64,000 nt of DNA. It comes from Raillietiella orientalis (Eukaryota). Numbering within the stretch: position 1 is the stretch's first letter; each line of letters opens with the position of its first letter. Positions 53,001 through 64,000 of this stretch are shown here, piece by piece. The stretch lies in contig JAYWIR010000057.1 of NCBI GenBank assembly GCA_036172245.1, positions 62,001-126,000 of the forward strand. The letters are read 5' to 3'. The notes beneath the pieces were generated by a model. The model had not been told where the DNA came from. It saw only the letters and a program-made list of their open reading frames with translations, and did not search any database. The position numbers and the translations under genes are program-made.

Positions 53001-54235
53001 GGGACCATGCTATGTTTGGCACAGCTGAATTCCACTCTACTGAGAGACTCTTAACCGTTCTGAACGATTGTTCAAAACGCTTAAGAGTCTCCTTGGATAT
53101 AAGATCCACCCCATAAGACGTTTACAAGTAGGCAATGGTGTGAATTCTTGCATAGATGAAATAAACAGTCACCGCTTACAATGCTAGGAGTCTATTATCA
53201 CTGAGGTTCCGAAACCCGATATTAAGGTGTCTGTACGTAGGGTCGAAAGACTGTATCCCAGAATGTTGATGTGGCATCTGGCCACCCTGCAGGGCAGCGA
53301 TGGAGCTGCTTGAGCCGACACTTTTCAAGGAGGATATGCAGCAATCAGGCCTCATGAACAAAGACGTCTTTGGTTTCAGTCTGAGTCCCAACAGCGTTGA
53401 CGGGTGTGGTTTAGATCCTCGGTTCTCTATGGGAGCACGCTTGGCTTTCCTATTAGAAGGCTATTGGAGTCAGTTGATAGTGAAAAAAGAGAACAGGGGG
53501 GTTGTCTTCAGATAGGGCAAATGGTACAAACGATTGCATGAGGCCAATGTCTCTCTTTCACCTAGCAGGTGAGATAACTTCTCGCGAAGTTTAGCCCAAA
53601 GCTGTTGATATATTAAAGAGAGTAAGTACCAAATGGAGGACATACCGACCCTATGAAGGAGTCTTTCTATGGCTGTATAATAGTAGACCGGTCCCAAAGA
53701 GGGTGTGGGAGCTGGAGGATGTCCCGTCCCGGTCAAAAGAATTTACCAAAGATCATTGGTGGAGGGAAATAGATGGATGTCTTTTGTGAAAGAGACCGCT
53801 GTAGACGATTTGAAGGTATAAATAAAACTCATGAGTAACTGTGTTTCTAGGATACTTAACTGACGAGTGGAAAGTCCGTATCCGCATAGAGGAAGGGTTG
53901 GGAGTCGAATACGGATTCAATATCAAACGTGAGGCAGGACGTATTCCGCACGGAATACTCGGAATACCGGATTTGTCACAACTCCACCTGCCATGGCTGG
54001 AAGTTTGGATGAGGAACCAACTTCAGTCATGGCGGAGTGTGAAGATTATGGGGGTCTAGATGATAGCCCCCCACTAGTCTCGATGATCTTGTGTAAATAG
54101 ACGTGTGTATGAGCGTGTGAATGAGCTGTACAGATCAGGTAAGGAGGGTCAAGATTTGCTCTGAAAATAAGACCTGAGAGCAGGTTTGAATGTCTATGAG
54201 TGTGAGAGTTGTTTTTGCCTCCTAACTTTCTAGGG
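53000..54235 (-). mobile_element. CR1/L2/Jockey-like RT remnant
   Basis: Degenerate RT order: DG-like motif (~53725), 'SFDPTYRHL' (AFD), 'SAVP' (SGVPQG); truncated by the hAT element at 54236. Confidence 0.4.
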
Positions 54236-55800
54236 CAGTATTTTTCAACCAGTGTGCCACGGCACACTGATGTGCCACGAGGAGATCTTAGGTGTGCCGT
54301 GAAAAGTTTTAGGAACCATTAATTTAATGTATTCTTCAAAAAAAGTTCAAGGCAAAACAAGTGTATATATCAAAATTATACTTAAAGCATCTTCCAATTG
54401 ATTGGACAAGTATATTACCCATTATAATGAATAAACACATAAATTATATGGCATGTAATATATATGTGCATATGCATAGATGAGATTATTTTTAAGATAG
54501 GTGGGGTGTTGTCCCTGAAAAATAAGTGACACATCTAGAAATTTCTTACCCAGTCACACTGGGACGTTTATTTACATAAACTGATGTGTTTATTTGTTTG
54601 TTTTCTAGATGTGTTTATTCACATAAACACATCTAGAAATAGCAAAATTTGACAAGGGCTCGCCGATGAGCACCGTTACATCAAGATAATCAAGAATGAA
54701 TGGAGCTATGTAGTGTGTCCTATGGGTGTGGACACCTTGAAGCTTTCTTACAATATGATTGTGAATTCTGCCGGCAACCCTTTATGATTTGTGTTTTTTG
54801 GTGCTCTACCATCTTTTTTTACAGAAACAGTTTATTCCTTTGAATTTTTTCATGCCCTTTGATTGAAATGGACGAATTTCTTGGTAAGAAACAAAAATTA
54901 GAAGACGATTCCAATTCTTCAAATGCAATCTCATTCGGTACATCGGCAGCGCAAAACAATTATTCGGCAATGTAGTTAAGATTATCTGTCATTTGGTTTC
55001 ATATGCAATGAAGAAAATCCATCACGCCCTACATGCGTAGTTCGTGGCAAAACGTTAGCAAATGAAGCCGTGGTGCCAAGTGAACTATGGAGGCATTTGG
55101 CAGTCATTACTTGCCCGAAAAGCAGGTGGAATATTTCAAACGACACGCACTCAGTGCTACGGAAGAAGTCAAAGCATGGGTCAAGTGGTCAGCGATGTCA
55201 AATAGAGCACAAGAAGCAGCAAGTCACACAGTCGCGGAAATCGCAGCTGGAAAAACGGGGACTTCATGCAACTGCGGAATCTGCTGCTCTACCGGCCTGC
55301 CTTGCAATTGTAAAAAAAAAAACAAAGCCTGGAGATGGATACGAGAAGAGAATTCTAAGTATTCCTCTCTCAGATAACACAGTTTCTCGACGCATCAAGG
55401 AGTCATCTAAAAATATAGAATTTCAAGTGATATCTCATCTCAAAGGAGTAAAGATCTTTGCAATTCAGTTGGACGAAGCTCATGATCTCGGCGGTAACTG
55501 TCAGCTTTAAACTTCACCAGATTTGTTCAAGAAGAAGAAATTATGGAGCAGTTATTATTTTTATTTTGTCGACCTCTCAAAACAACGACAAGGGGCCAAG
55601 GTATTTTCGATTTGATGGACAATTACTCCAGTTATATTGACTTGTCTGAGATTCCTGCAAAAGTATTTGTACGGATGGTGCCCCTTCTGTGTCCGGAGGT
55701 ATAAAAGGATTCGGTACACTCACGCAAGAAAAGAACCCAAAACTTATTTTCACGCACTGTTTTGAACATGGAGAAGTGCTCTCTTCAAAATCGTGAGTGC
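54236..55800 (+). mobile_element. hAT DNA transposon, Buster/Charlie (ZBED5/SCAND3-like) group, 5' half
   Basis: TIR CAGTATTTTTCAACC plus GTGTGCCACGGCACAC; flanking 8-mer TTCTAGGG (nnnTAnnn); transposase from 54868: DYLSFGF, PTCVV, IPLSDNTVSRRI, FAIQLDE, ICTDGAPS, THCFEH; frameshifted and truncated. Confidence 0.92.
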
Positions 55801-56149
55801 ATCTTGGCAACTCTGCCCGCGGCCCTGAGGCCTTGCATGTTCTGCCCAAAACCAAAGTTATTTTTTTTATTTGTTACATATACGGGCATAAGCCCTTTTA
55901 CATTGATAAGACACTAGAAAAAATATTATTTAATCATTTATCATTTGATTAATTGCAATTATTTCACTCATTATAATAAGCTATTTACAATTTTCACAAA
56001 GACTTAGAAGCCACCTGCGCTGCAGCAAAACTCTAAATTTCTCTAACGCATGTTAAAATGGAAGTTTTACCCGTCTTGTAGAACTTGCATTTTTTGATGC
56101 CGCTGGTACAGCGTTTCTTCCTTGTTAAACATCGACCTCAGCCAGATCA

Positions 56150-57672
56150 GAGATCTGAACCCATCGCTGGCGTCTAGCGGCCCCGACTGCGCGTGCGCTT
56201 TAGGCAGCTCCGCGTCGCCTAGTTACGAATTGCTTTCTTGCCTGCAGTGAACTGATCTCTCGTTGCCCCCCTCCTCCGCCCCTTGTTCTTTGTTCGCCCA
56301 TCACCCCAGACAATCGAGATCCGGGCGCACAGCCTCCTTCGCAAAGCGTTGTGGGGCGTTGCAAGGTCCCGGATCAGATTAAAAGATCTGGTGTACGCCG
56401 TGGTGCCTTCCTGTGGCGAAGGACTCCTGTCGTTGCTGCCTCACTTTCGACACAACAGGAAAGCTTCCCGCTGAGACAACTGTCCTCATCACTGGAAGCT
56501 TAACGATGGATCTCCTGCCGCCCTATGAACAGTAGTGCCTGGCGGCAGGTGTCGATTTTGTCATGGGCTGCTTCCGAAAGGATGTGCCCGAAAGATCTTT
56601 GAGGCCTGAGTTTCCTCCTGAGTCAGCCTCTGGAGGACATCATGCAGGACAAGAAAAAATGCGATTGTCTTGTCGCCACACTGCCTGTCGCAGCGCTGTC
56701 TGCCCACAGGGCAAACAATGACAGTAGCCTACCAGTTGGGTGGAAGATCTGCAGCATCACAGGAGAAACCCAGCTCCTTGGCGGCTGGCGGACGAAGGAG
56801 CTGGTGCATGCCGCCACTCCTTCCCATCGGGCGAAGGGACTTCTTCGGTGAAGCGAACACGTAAGTGTGCCCCCCGATGTGATAGTGGTCTTCCAGAGAT
56901 GGAAACAAGATGTGCTGCTGTTTTTACACTGGGGTTCCCACTGTAATCAGCGGCTCAACATCGTTTCCGGGGGACTTGTTTCTGCGAACTGCCTTAGGTG
57001 CGGGACGATCGAGTCGTTCCCGCACCTCTTGCTCGAATGTGGTGACCTCCGCGAACTGTGGTGCAGGCTGGTTTCAGCGCTTCCGTCACAGGGAGGCACT
57101 GCGAAGGGTGTGCTCCGCCGTTTCTTCATGCGAAACGGACTTCCGGTTGGCGCGATAGTGGCAACATTCTGTTGCATTCGTGCCATCGTCAATGCCCGAT
57201 ACGCCTTGGAGACGAGAGCGGGGAGAAAGGTGGTCCGCTGTGACGCAGCTTCCCACATGAGGTCAGCTGCAAGGTGGCACCACCTCGAAGAGCAAGCCAG
57301 AGAGGAGATCGTCATGAGTCAAGAGTCCAATGGATTCTTGAGAACGGAGGACCCCCCGTGAGCCTCGCCACCTCCCACCTTTTCTTTATTTATTCACTGG
57401 CTTGTTTGTTTTTATTTCATCCGCTCACCCCGTTCGCTCCGAATTTCTCCCGGTGTTTTTGTTTTTACCCGGTGCCTCCTGGAGCGATCCTAAAGACCCC
57501 TGCACACAACGCTCCACTTTCTTGTTGTTGTCCCCATCCCCCGCCCCATTCCGAACTTCTGTTATCCCGGCCTGTGTGCCGGCGGACTTCTTTCTTTCCT
57601 TGCTGCATCTCAATTGGGAACGGTGTTTCTGACTGGTTTTCAATAAATTTCCCGACGTGACCGGGTAACAAA
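56150..57672 (+). mobile_element. LINE 3' half, among the best-preserved copies of the dominant family
   Basis: ORF 56867..57361 LHWG..NCLRCGTIESFPHLLLEC..LRRFF..CCIRAIV..AARWHHL; terminal AATAAATTTCCCGACGTGACCGGGTAAC. Confidence 0.85.
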
Positions 57673-57679
57673 TCTCTCA

Positions 57680-58744
57680 TGGCGTGGACTGTTTCAGTGA
57701 TGTGGTCACCTCAATGCTTAACAGTTTTGTTTTGTTTAGTTGTGATTTCGTTTGTTTTGTGTGCGTCACAGTTTTGTTTTGTTTTTTTCATTTCAAGCGT
57801 ACATTTTTTTTTATCCATAATGGCAGGAACGTCTGCAAAAAAAAAACAAACGAAAAATATCCGACGGAAACAGATGGTTTCAGGATGAGTGAGGGGAAGA
57901 GGATTTTGTTGTGAAAAATAAACAAGGTTCGGTGAGCTCTTTACTTAGTCGCGGAAGGGCGATGTTAAAAAGATATGACATGGATCGCCATTATATCACG
58001 AAACGCGAATCATTTTAATGACACTCTTCCTCGCGGGTCTCCAATGAGTAGTGAAAGGTTGACTTTTTCCAGGAAGTCGTTGCCACAACAACAAGATATC
58101 GTGTCGGTGGGCGATACCACAAGATACATCCGTGACCCAAGGGGCAGAAGCATCATGCGAAATTTATTACATACTTGGCAAACGCAGGAAACTATTTACT
58201 AGGCGCAGAAATTGGGACGGAATGTTTCGTCAATGCATGCAACGTATTATTTGATAGATTAAGTAATAAGAATCAAATCATATCGCGAATTCAAAATATA
58301 CAATTCTCAGATCCTACTTGCGCTAGGCGCATGGAAGAAGATATTGCAAAACGCATTTCTGATCACATCATAGAAGATCTGAAGAATTGTAAATATTTTA
58401 GCTTGGCTTTTGATTTTAGCACCGACGCTTCGGCCTTATCGCAGTGTTCCGTTTTCGTTTGATACTGTTGTGGGCAGAATTTGATTCACGAAGATTTTTT
58501 GAAATCTGAAGAATCAAACCAGAGGCAAAGATCATCTCGGTATTATTGGTACATTTCCGGAGAAGAATTATATTGATATAAAGAACTCAGGTTGTGTGTA
58601 GGTTAGGTGGATGTCCTTCAATGAGCGGATACGAAAACGGATTTATTTCCTTATTAAAAAGAAAATACAATTTAACAAATCTCTTATCGTTTCATTGTAT
58701 CATCCACCAAGAAACCTTGGCAGCCCGTGCCTCCACGCCAGAAG
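57680..58744 (+). mobile_element. hAT transposase remnant, GTF2IRD2/EPM2AIP1/SPIN-like
   Basis: MAGTSAKK start at 57819; IQFSDPTCARR, YFSLAFDFSTD..SQ, GCPSMSG, FHCIIHQE; cut by a LINE at 58745. Confidence 0.85.
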
Positions 58745-59470
58745 TTTCCCACCCCGTCACGCCGAGGCATTTATTACAGAAACCAGTCGGGGACAAAGTC
58801 CCAAACCAAAAAAACAGAAGAAAGAGAGCGTCCACCAGCACGCAGGCCGGGAAACGGATAGTTCGGAACGGGGGAGGAACAAGGGGACAACAACAAAAAG
58901 CAAAATCAAAACGGGAGGGAAGGGGTACGGGTCTTTCTTTGGTGAGGCTCCGTTTTCACCAGGGTAACAAAAAGCAAAAAGCACCAAGAAAGTTGCGGAG
59001 CCTAAGGGAACCAGGGTTCAGAATGATAAATAAATAAATACAGGGAGGATGGGGGCAAGGGTCACCGGGTTCGCCGCTGCAAACCGTCTGTAAATCGGCG
59101 GTGGATGTCGTTGATCTCCTCTTTGATCTCATCTGTCAGATGGGGCCATCTGACGACCGCCCTGATGTAGGTGTCAGCCTCCATGATGATCTCCTGCCGC
59201 TGCCTGTCGGGCCGAAACGATGGCGCGGATGCAACCCACGGTTGCAATCACTGCACTTCTCGCCAGCCCGCTCGGCGCGAAGAACCGCCGCAGCACCTCT
59301 CTTCCGATATCCACCTGGTGCGAGAGTGCTGTTGCCAGCCTCCCCCAAAGTCTTCGGAGGATACGGCAGTCCAATAGTGGGTGCGGGATCGACTCCGTCG
59401 CCCGCGTGTGACTTTTGGAACTGCCTTTTTCCATGCAAGTGCCGGACACTTCAAGAAATCGTGTGCTCTT
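58745..59470 (-). mobile_element. LINE 3' end inserted into the hAT transposase
   Basis: ESIPHPLLDC, VLRRFF, VGCIRAIV, VRWPHL; terminal AATAAATGCCTCGGCGTGACGGGGTGGGAAA. Confidence 0.8.
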
Positions 59471-59499
59471 TCCTCTCAATATGGTCATTGAACCATGAA

Positions 59500-62450
59500 A
59501 GTAGTGCTGTTAAGGATTGCAAAGGTAGCAGGATTTCACGCAATGGTAGGTACATCGCCACCGCATTCCACAAAGCAACCATCTGGTAGAGGAGCAATTC
59601 AATCCTGTGCTCCAAACATCCATGTGGGATACCTTCCAGGAAATAAAGCTTCCGGCTTCAAGTCATCAAACAGTTCTTTGAAGCCTCTAAAGAAAGAGTT
59701 GTCAGTGATACAACTTAAAGTTCGATCACAACCATTTCGCTTCCAAGCACTTCCCAGTAATTCGGCATATTTATTATCATGAAGGGAACCTGGACGAAAG
59801 TAGTCAACCGTCCAACATCCTCAGCAGAAAGAAAATGTCCTTTCTTGTACGCTGCTTGCATCAATAAATCATCTGTTCCTTCTAAAGACGTACAATCATC
59901 AGAATTCTCGTCTAAAGATGTACAATCAATGAGCTAATTGTATCTCTCTCAAAAGAAATCCAAGGCTTTTACAGGCCTTTCTAGGATTGTGGATCTAAAA
60001 GCATACGTATATATAAATTATCTTCATATATATATATATATAGTAAGCATATATATTTATTTTTTGACAGTATTTCATGAATATACCAATAATATAATCA
60101 AGAACTTATTAATCGTATTAACAAAATGCATGTTAATAAATATGTACATTCAACAAATCTAATCGATCTAATCAATCCACATCAATCGTGCAGGATTAGT
60201 ACATATCGATGTATCTGTGTAGAATAAGCATCTTTTGCTTATTGTGTGTCACCAGGTAATCATTAAAGCCCTTCATTAAGCTTTGCAACCAACTTCTCTA
60301 CTGATTCATCACCTCCCTCGCCTCGCGTTTCCATTCTACGAGAACAGCTGGAATCTCTTCTTCAAGTCAGCAAGCAGCCCTGTAGCCACCAAAGCGGCAG
60401 AGTAGGTTTCTCTTTGCCCGTCTTCAGGTTTGTGGACTCGCAACTTTCCCCCAGCACATATCCATTGACTTGATCTGCATCGGAAGTGTCGATTGCTTCC
60501 CAACGAGCTTCATCACTAGAAAGGAAGAAAAAACGCTCTTGAAAAGAAACAGCCCTTTCCTTTCTCCCCAACTTTCCGTTATACGCCACCTTTCGATCAC
60601 CTACATTTCAGGCCCTTTGTAAGAATCTCCGTCTTCCTCTGAAGTTGATGGCATCTTTGAGCAATCCACTTGTACTCAGAACGGGTGAAATATATTTCAG
60701 GCATATGTTCCCACCTTTGGAACAACTCACTGTTTTCGTTCTGTTTTCCCTCACTTCTGATGAAGCTCGAGAGCAGGCTCAAGACGAAAGCTTCCCTGTT
60801 CCCCGAAATTCCAGCATTATTTTTTTTTTTTTTCAATAACAACCACGAATTCGGCATTGTGTGCATCTCAAGAACACGAAAAAAAAAAAAAAAAAGAAGA
60901 AGCTATGCTGATGCTTCTTTTCTGGCTGCAGTTACAGCATTTCAATTTTTTCTTTGGCACACATGCGTTGCTTGTTACTTTCTCAGCGCTTCTTTTGCTG
61001 TTTCGCCCAACTTTTCATTCCATAGTTTTGGTGCTGATGCTGTTTCAAGTTCGTTGTTTCACTGACCCCAGGACCTGTGTTTTTTCCCCGTTCTTGTCTA
61101 AGCGTCCGCTATGTGGTGGGAATTGGTAACACAGAGCATAGAACTCCAGCGCAATGAAGCTGTCCTGAGAACAAAGTGTCGAAAAGTTCGACTTGTGCAG
61201 TAATTCAAGGTAATCGAGATAGAATGATTTCGAGTTTGCTAGTGAGATTGCTGACACGGTTACAACTTCCACCACTCTGGTGGCCGTTTTGCCATTAGCC
61301 AGTAGTCCCTTGTAAAATTTCCACTTCCCAATGTTTTCAAAGAATCATCCACGAAGCCGAAGAGTTCTATCGCTTACGTATTTATTCACCAACTGCCACT
61401 GTCGCTAAAATAGATGTAACAAACATTAAGATCAATCAACTGAAATACGATAAGGGGAGAAAGATTCAGAAAACCAAAATGAAGAAAAACATGAAAACCA
61501 TTGGCGGCTTCCGAAAGTACAACGTCACTTGACCAAGCAGTCTCGTGACCGTTTCTTGCAGTGAAGGAACGCAAGCAGTGGCATTGCAGCCAATTCTGGG
61601 TTCGTAAACATTGGCTCCACTCTATACAAATCGCACGCTCCTACAAAAGAATCCACCAACAGCGTGAGAACGCACGAACACGAATCAGAATCTTCGAAAT
61701 AGGATTCCACCTATGCGGAATACACAAACACGCGAAAGAGCAAAAAGAAACCAACTTACAACTGACGCAGTGACGTTCCTGGAAATCCATCGTCCAGTTT
61801 TCCATGGAGATCCTCTTGAGGGAATGGCTCCTTCGTCCCACTATTCTGCTAACTTTGCAGTTGCATTTGGGAAGAGGCGACCCTTGGTTTGTTCTGATTT
61901 CATCCGGAAACACAGCCGAGCCAATGCCTTGGGCCCTTATTTCGGGGAAAGCAGCACGCACAGACACAGCGATAGCACCAAAGCACCATCCGTATTACAT
62001 GGGGGGTGATGTGTTCGGCATTGCTGCATTTCGTTCAGAAGAGCAATGATTCGAATAGAATACAAGGCTGCTGAAATAGAGGACGTAAGCCGATGTCTCT
62101 AACCAAACCGGGAGTACACAAAGAAGCAGTGCGTGTGTGAGAGAGCTCGTTTTTTTTCAAGGCAGGCGTAATTTTGTCAAAAGTGCTGACATCGTTTGGA
62201 ATCTCATCGGAAATGAAAGGACAGTCTGCGATCAGTGGGCGCAGAGGGAAGAAACCAGCCAACTCCACAGTTCGCATTCAAACTGCTGTGAACGGGATGG
62301 GTGCAGACGAGAGAGAAAGAAAAGGTAGGCGAGCGGTTGTACACAAAATGTTGCAAAGGAGAAACGTGGATTCCAGCGACTCCAGTCGAGCCCACAAGCG
62401 GTTCTTAGGCATGATACATGAAGAGTGGTTTCCACATCTTGCCTTTTTGC
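59500..62450 (-). mobile_element. Possible Zisupton/KDZ (HMGXB3-like) transposase pseudogene
   Basis: Fragmented minus-strand ORFs in a plausible order: SWIM-like (~62250-62350), Cys-rich 'KVSRIV...HCVSCKL...AFLH...FSC' (61450-61900), SAP-like (~60400-60470), then 59500-59850; separated by AT-rich intron-like DNA; recognition from memory only. Confidence 0.38.
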
Positions 62451-62499
62451 TTTCCTTTTTGTTCACAATATGTTTATTATATGTATTCATACAAAGATA

Positions 62500-63800
62500 A
62501 ACGTACATTATAAAGATTATTCAAAAAAATAATACATATATATACTAATGTGCATATGGATCTGGAAACTGGCGCACATATTATTAACATGATGAATATC
62601 ATGTTTGTATTTGCATATAGATTAATGTATACTGCAAAGCTTATAAAAAATAAACATGTATGTTCGTTATATATATTAATACGTATATTTGTTCACAGAA
62701 TAATATGTATTACGAAGATTATTAAAAATGAATACATGTGTTTATTATATGCATGAACCTGTACATTGAAATATAAATTAACATTTAGACTAATATGCAA
62801 ATGCATTTGAAGACGCATATTTACATATATAATTAATAATACGCATAAACACCTACTATTTATGTGTATATAGTAAAGAAGATGAAAAGTAAGCATGTAC
62901 ACGATTATTCTTTATAATCTGTGCTATATATATTTATTTACCATATATATCAAAAATAAGCATGTACGTTCATTATACACATCAGTGTATATTTATACGT
63001 ATACGAAATATGTTTTATGAATTTTGCAAGTATCGAATTCTAAAAAATAAAAAATAATGATAGTCACAAACAATAGAAACAAAGAAAAAAGAAAACAGAT
63101 CAAAAAGAAAGAAAAGTAATTAAGTAAGAAAAGAAATTTTGTATTTCAGTTGGCTATCCTTTCCAACCCTCAATAAACGAAACTTCCTCGGGAAATGACG
63201 ACATCTCCTTTCAGGATCTTGGTCGTTCGATAAACATACATGTTCAGAATTCGATATTCATATATTCATTTCATATGCATTTATTTTATTTATAAATATA
63301 TATGTGTTAATATATATAATGAGCATGTGTATTTATTTTTTGTAATGTTCGATGTATACATTGTTAATATATATTATTACATACTATTAATTGTATCAAT
63401 GCATATGCATGTTGAAATAGATTTGTGTATTAATCTATATCAAAGTATCTACATTTTAGAGTACATAAAAGATGTATCCATTTGTTCCCTATAATATTTG
63501 GAATATAGATCATATGTTAATTTATATATCAATATGCCCATTAATATATATGATAAACACATGTATTCATTTTTAACAATTTTTGCAATTTATATATATA
63601 TATATATACGTACATTGATCTATAAATAATGAGCGCATTATAAATACTATGAAAAACATGCATGTTACTAATATCAATAAATATATATGTTAAAATGAAT
63701 ATGCACATTAAAAGATAAGGTACGTGTCTAAATTTTACAATCTTTATAATATGTATATGATAATCCATACATAAATTTATGTACAGTGCGCATTAGACAT
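62500..63800. repeat. Very AT-rich low-complexity (TA/ATAC-rich) DNA
   Basis: Dense TATA/ATGT repeats; the ORFs here are compositional artefacts. Confidence 0.75.
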
Positions 63801-64000
63801 AGTCACCTTTGCGGGAATCAAAATTGCAAAGATGTTACGTCTATAGAATGTTGTTGATTCTATCGACATGGGTAGACGAAAGAAAAGAAACAAATGTCAA
63901 TTTTGGATAATTGAATAAAAGAAACCAAACAGTTGAACAGTAACACGAATTTCCATAATCGAATGAGCAAATATTACAGAAGCAAAAATGATGATAGTGT

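Noticed and set aside
59600..59820. Kinase catalytic loop suggested by 'DLKPE'
   Set aside because: Lacks HR and the catalytic Asn; no DFG at the correct distance; context fits a transposase relic better
59881..59930. Direct repeat TCTAAAGAYGTACAATCA, 30 bp period
   Set aside because: Only two units; a simple local duplication, not a CRISPR array
62550..63768. Ile/Tyr-rich ORFs
   Set aside because: Artefacts of AT-rich low-complexity sequence
1..64000. CRISPR arrays, rRNA, tRNA, prokaryotic operons
   Set aside because: No regularly spaced repeats, no RNA-gene signatures recognised, and the organisation is clearly eukaryotic

Overview
This is eukaryotic (metazoan, probably invertebrate) genomic DNA, and nearly all of it is decayed, nested transposable elements. 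The dominant component is about 25 fragments of L1/Tx1-clade LINEs (APE endonuclease, RT, CCHC finger and an unusual extended C-terminus). Many of their 3' ends finish in the same structure: AATAAA, a short GC hairpin (CCCGG-N5-CCGGG), then TG(A/G)AAA. Other elements are a full-length but inactivated Tx1-like LINE (45.3-50.6 kb, +), a full-length degenerate Utopia/NeSL-type RLE retrotransposon (41.5-45.2 kb, -), Gypsy pol/LTR remnants, two Buster/SPIN-group hAT transposase remnants, a CR1/Jockey-like RT remnant and a possible Zisupton/KDZ (HMGXB3-like) remnant at the right end. Two host-derived items are visible. One is a CpG-rich promoter with two minus-strand exons that splice in frame and encode a hydrophobic, signal-peptide-like N-terminus (22.0-23.2 kb). 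The other is a cathepsin L (papain C1A) pseudogene fragment (12.8-13.2 kb). I found no intact long ORF, rRNA, tRNA or CRISPR array. All family calls come from motifs recognised by eye, and TE boundaries are approximate (+/-50-200 bp) unless a terminal motif is cited.
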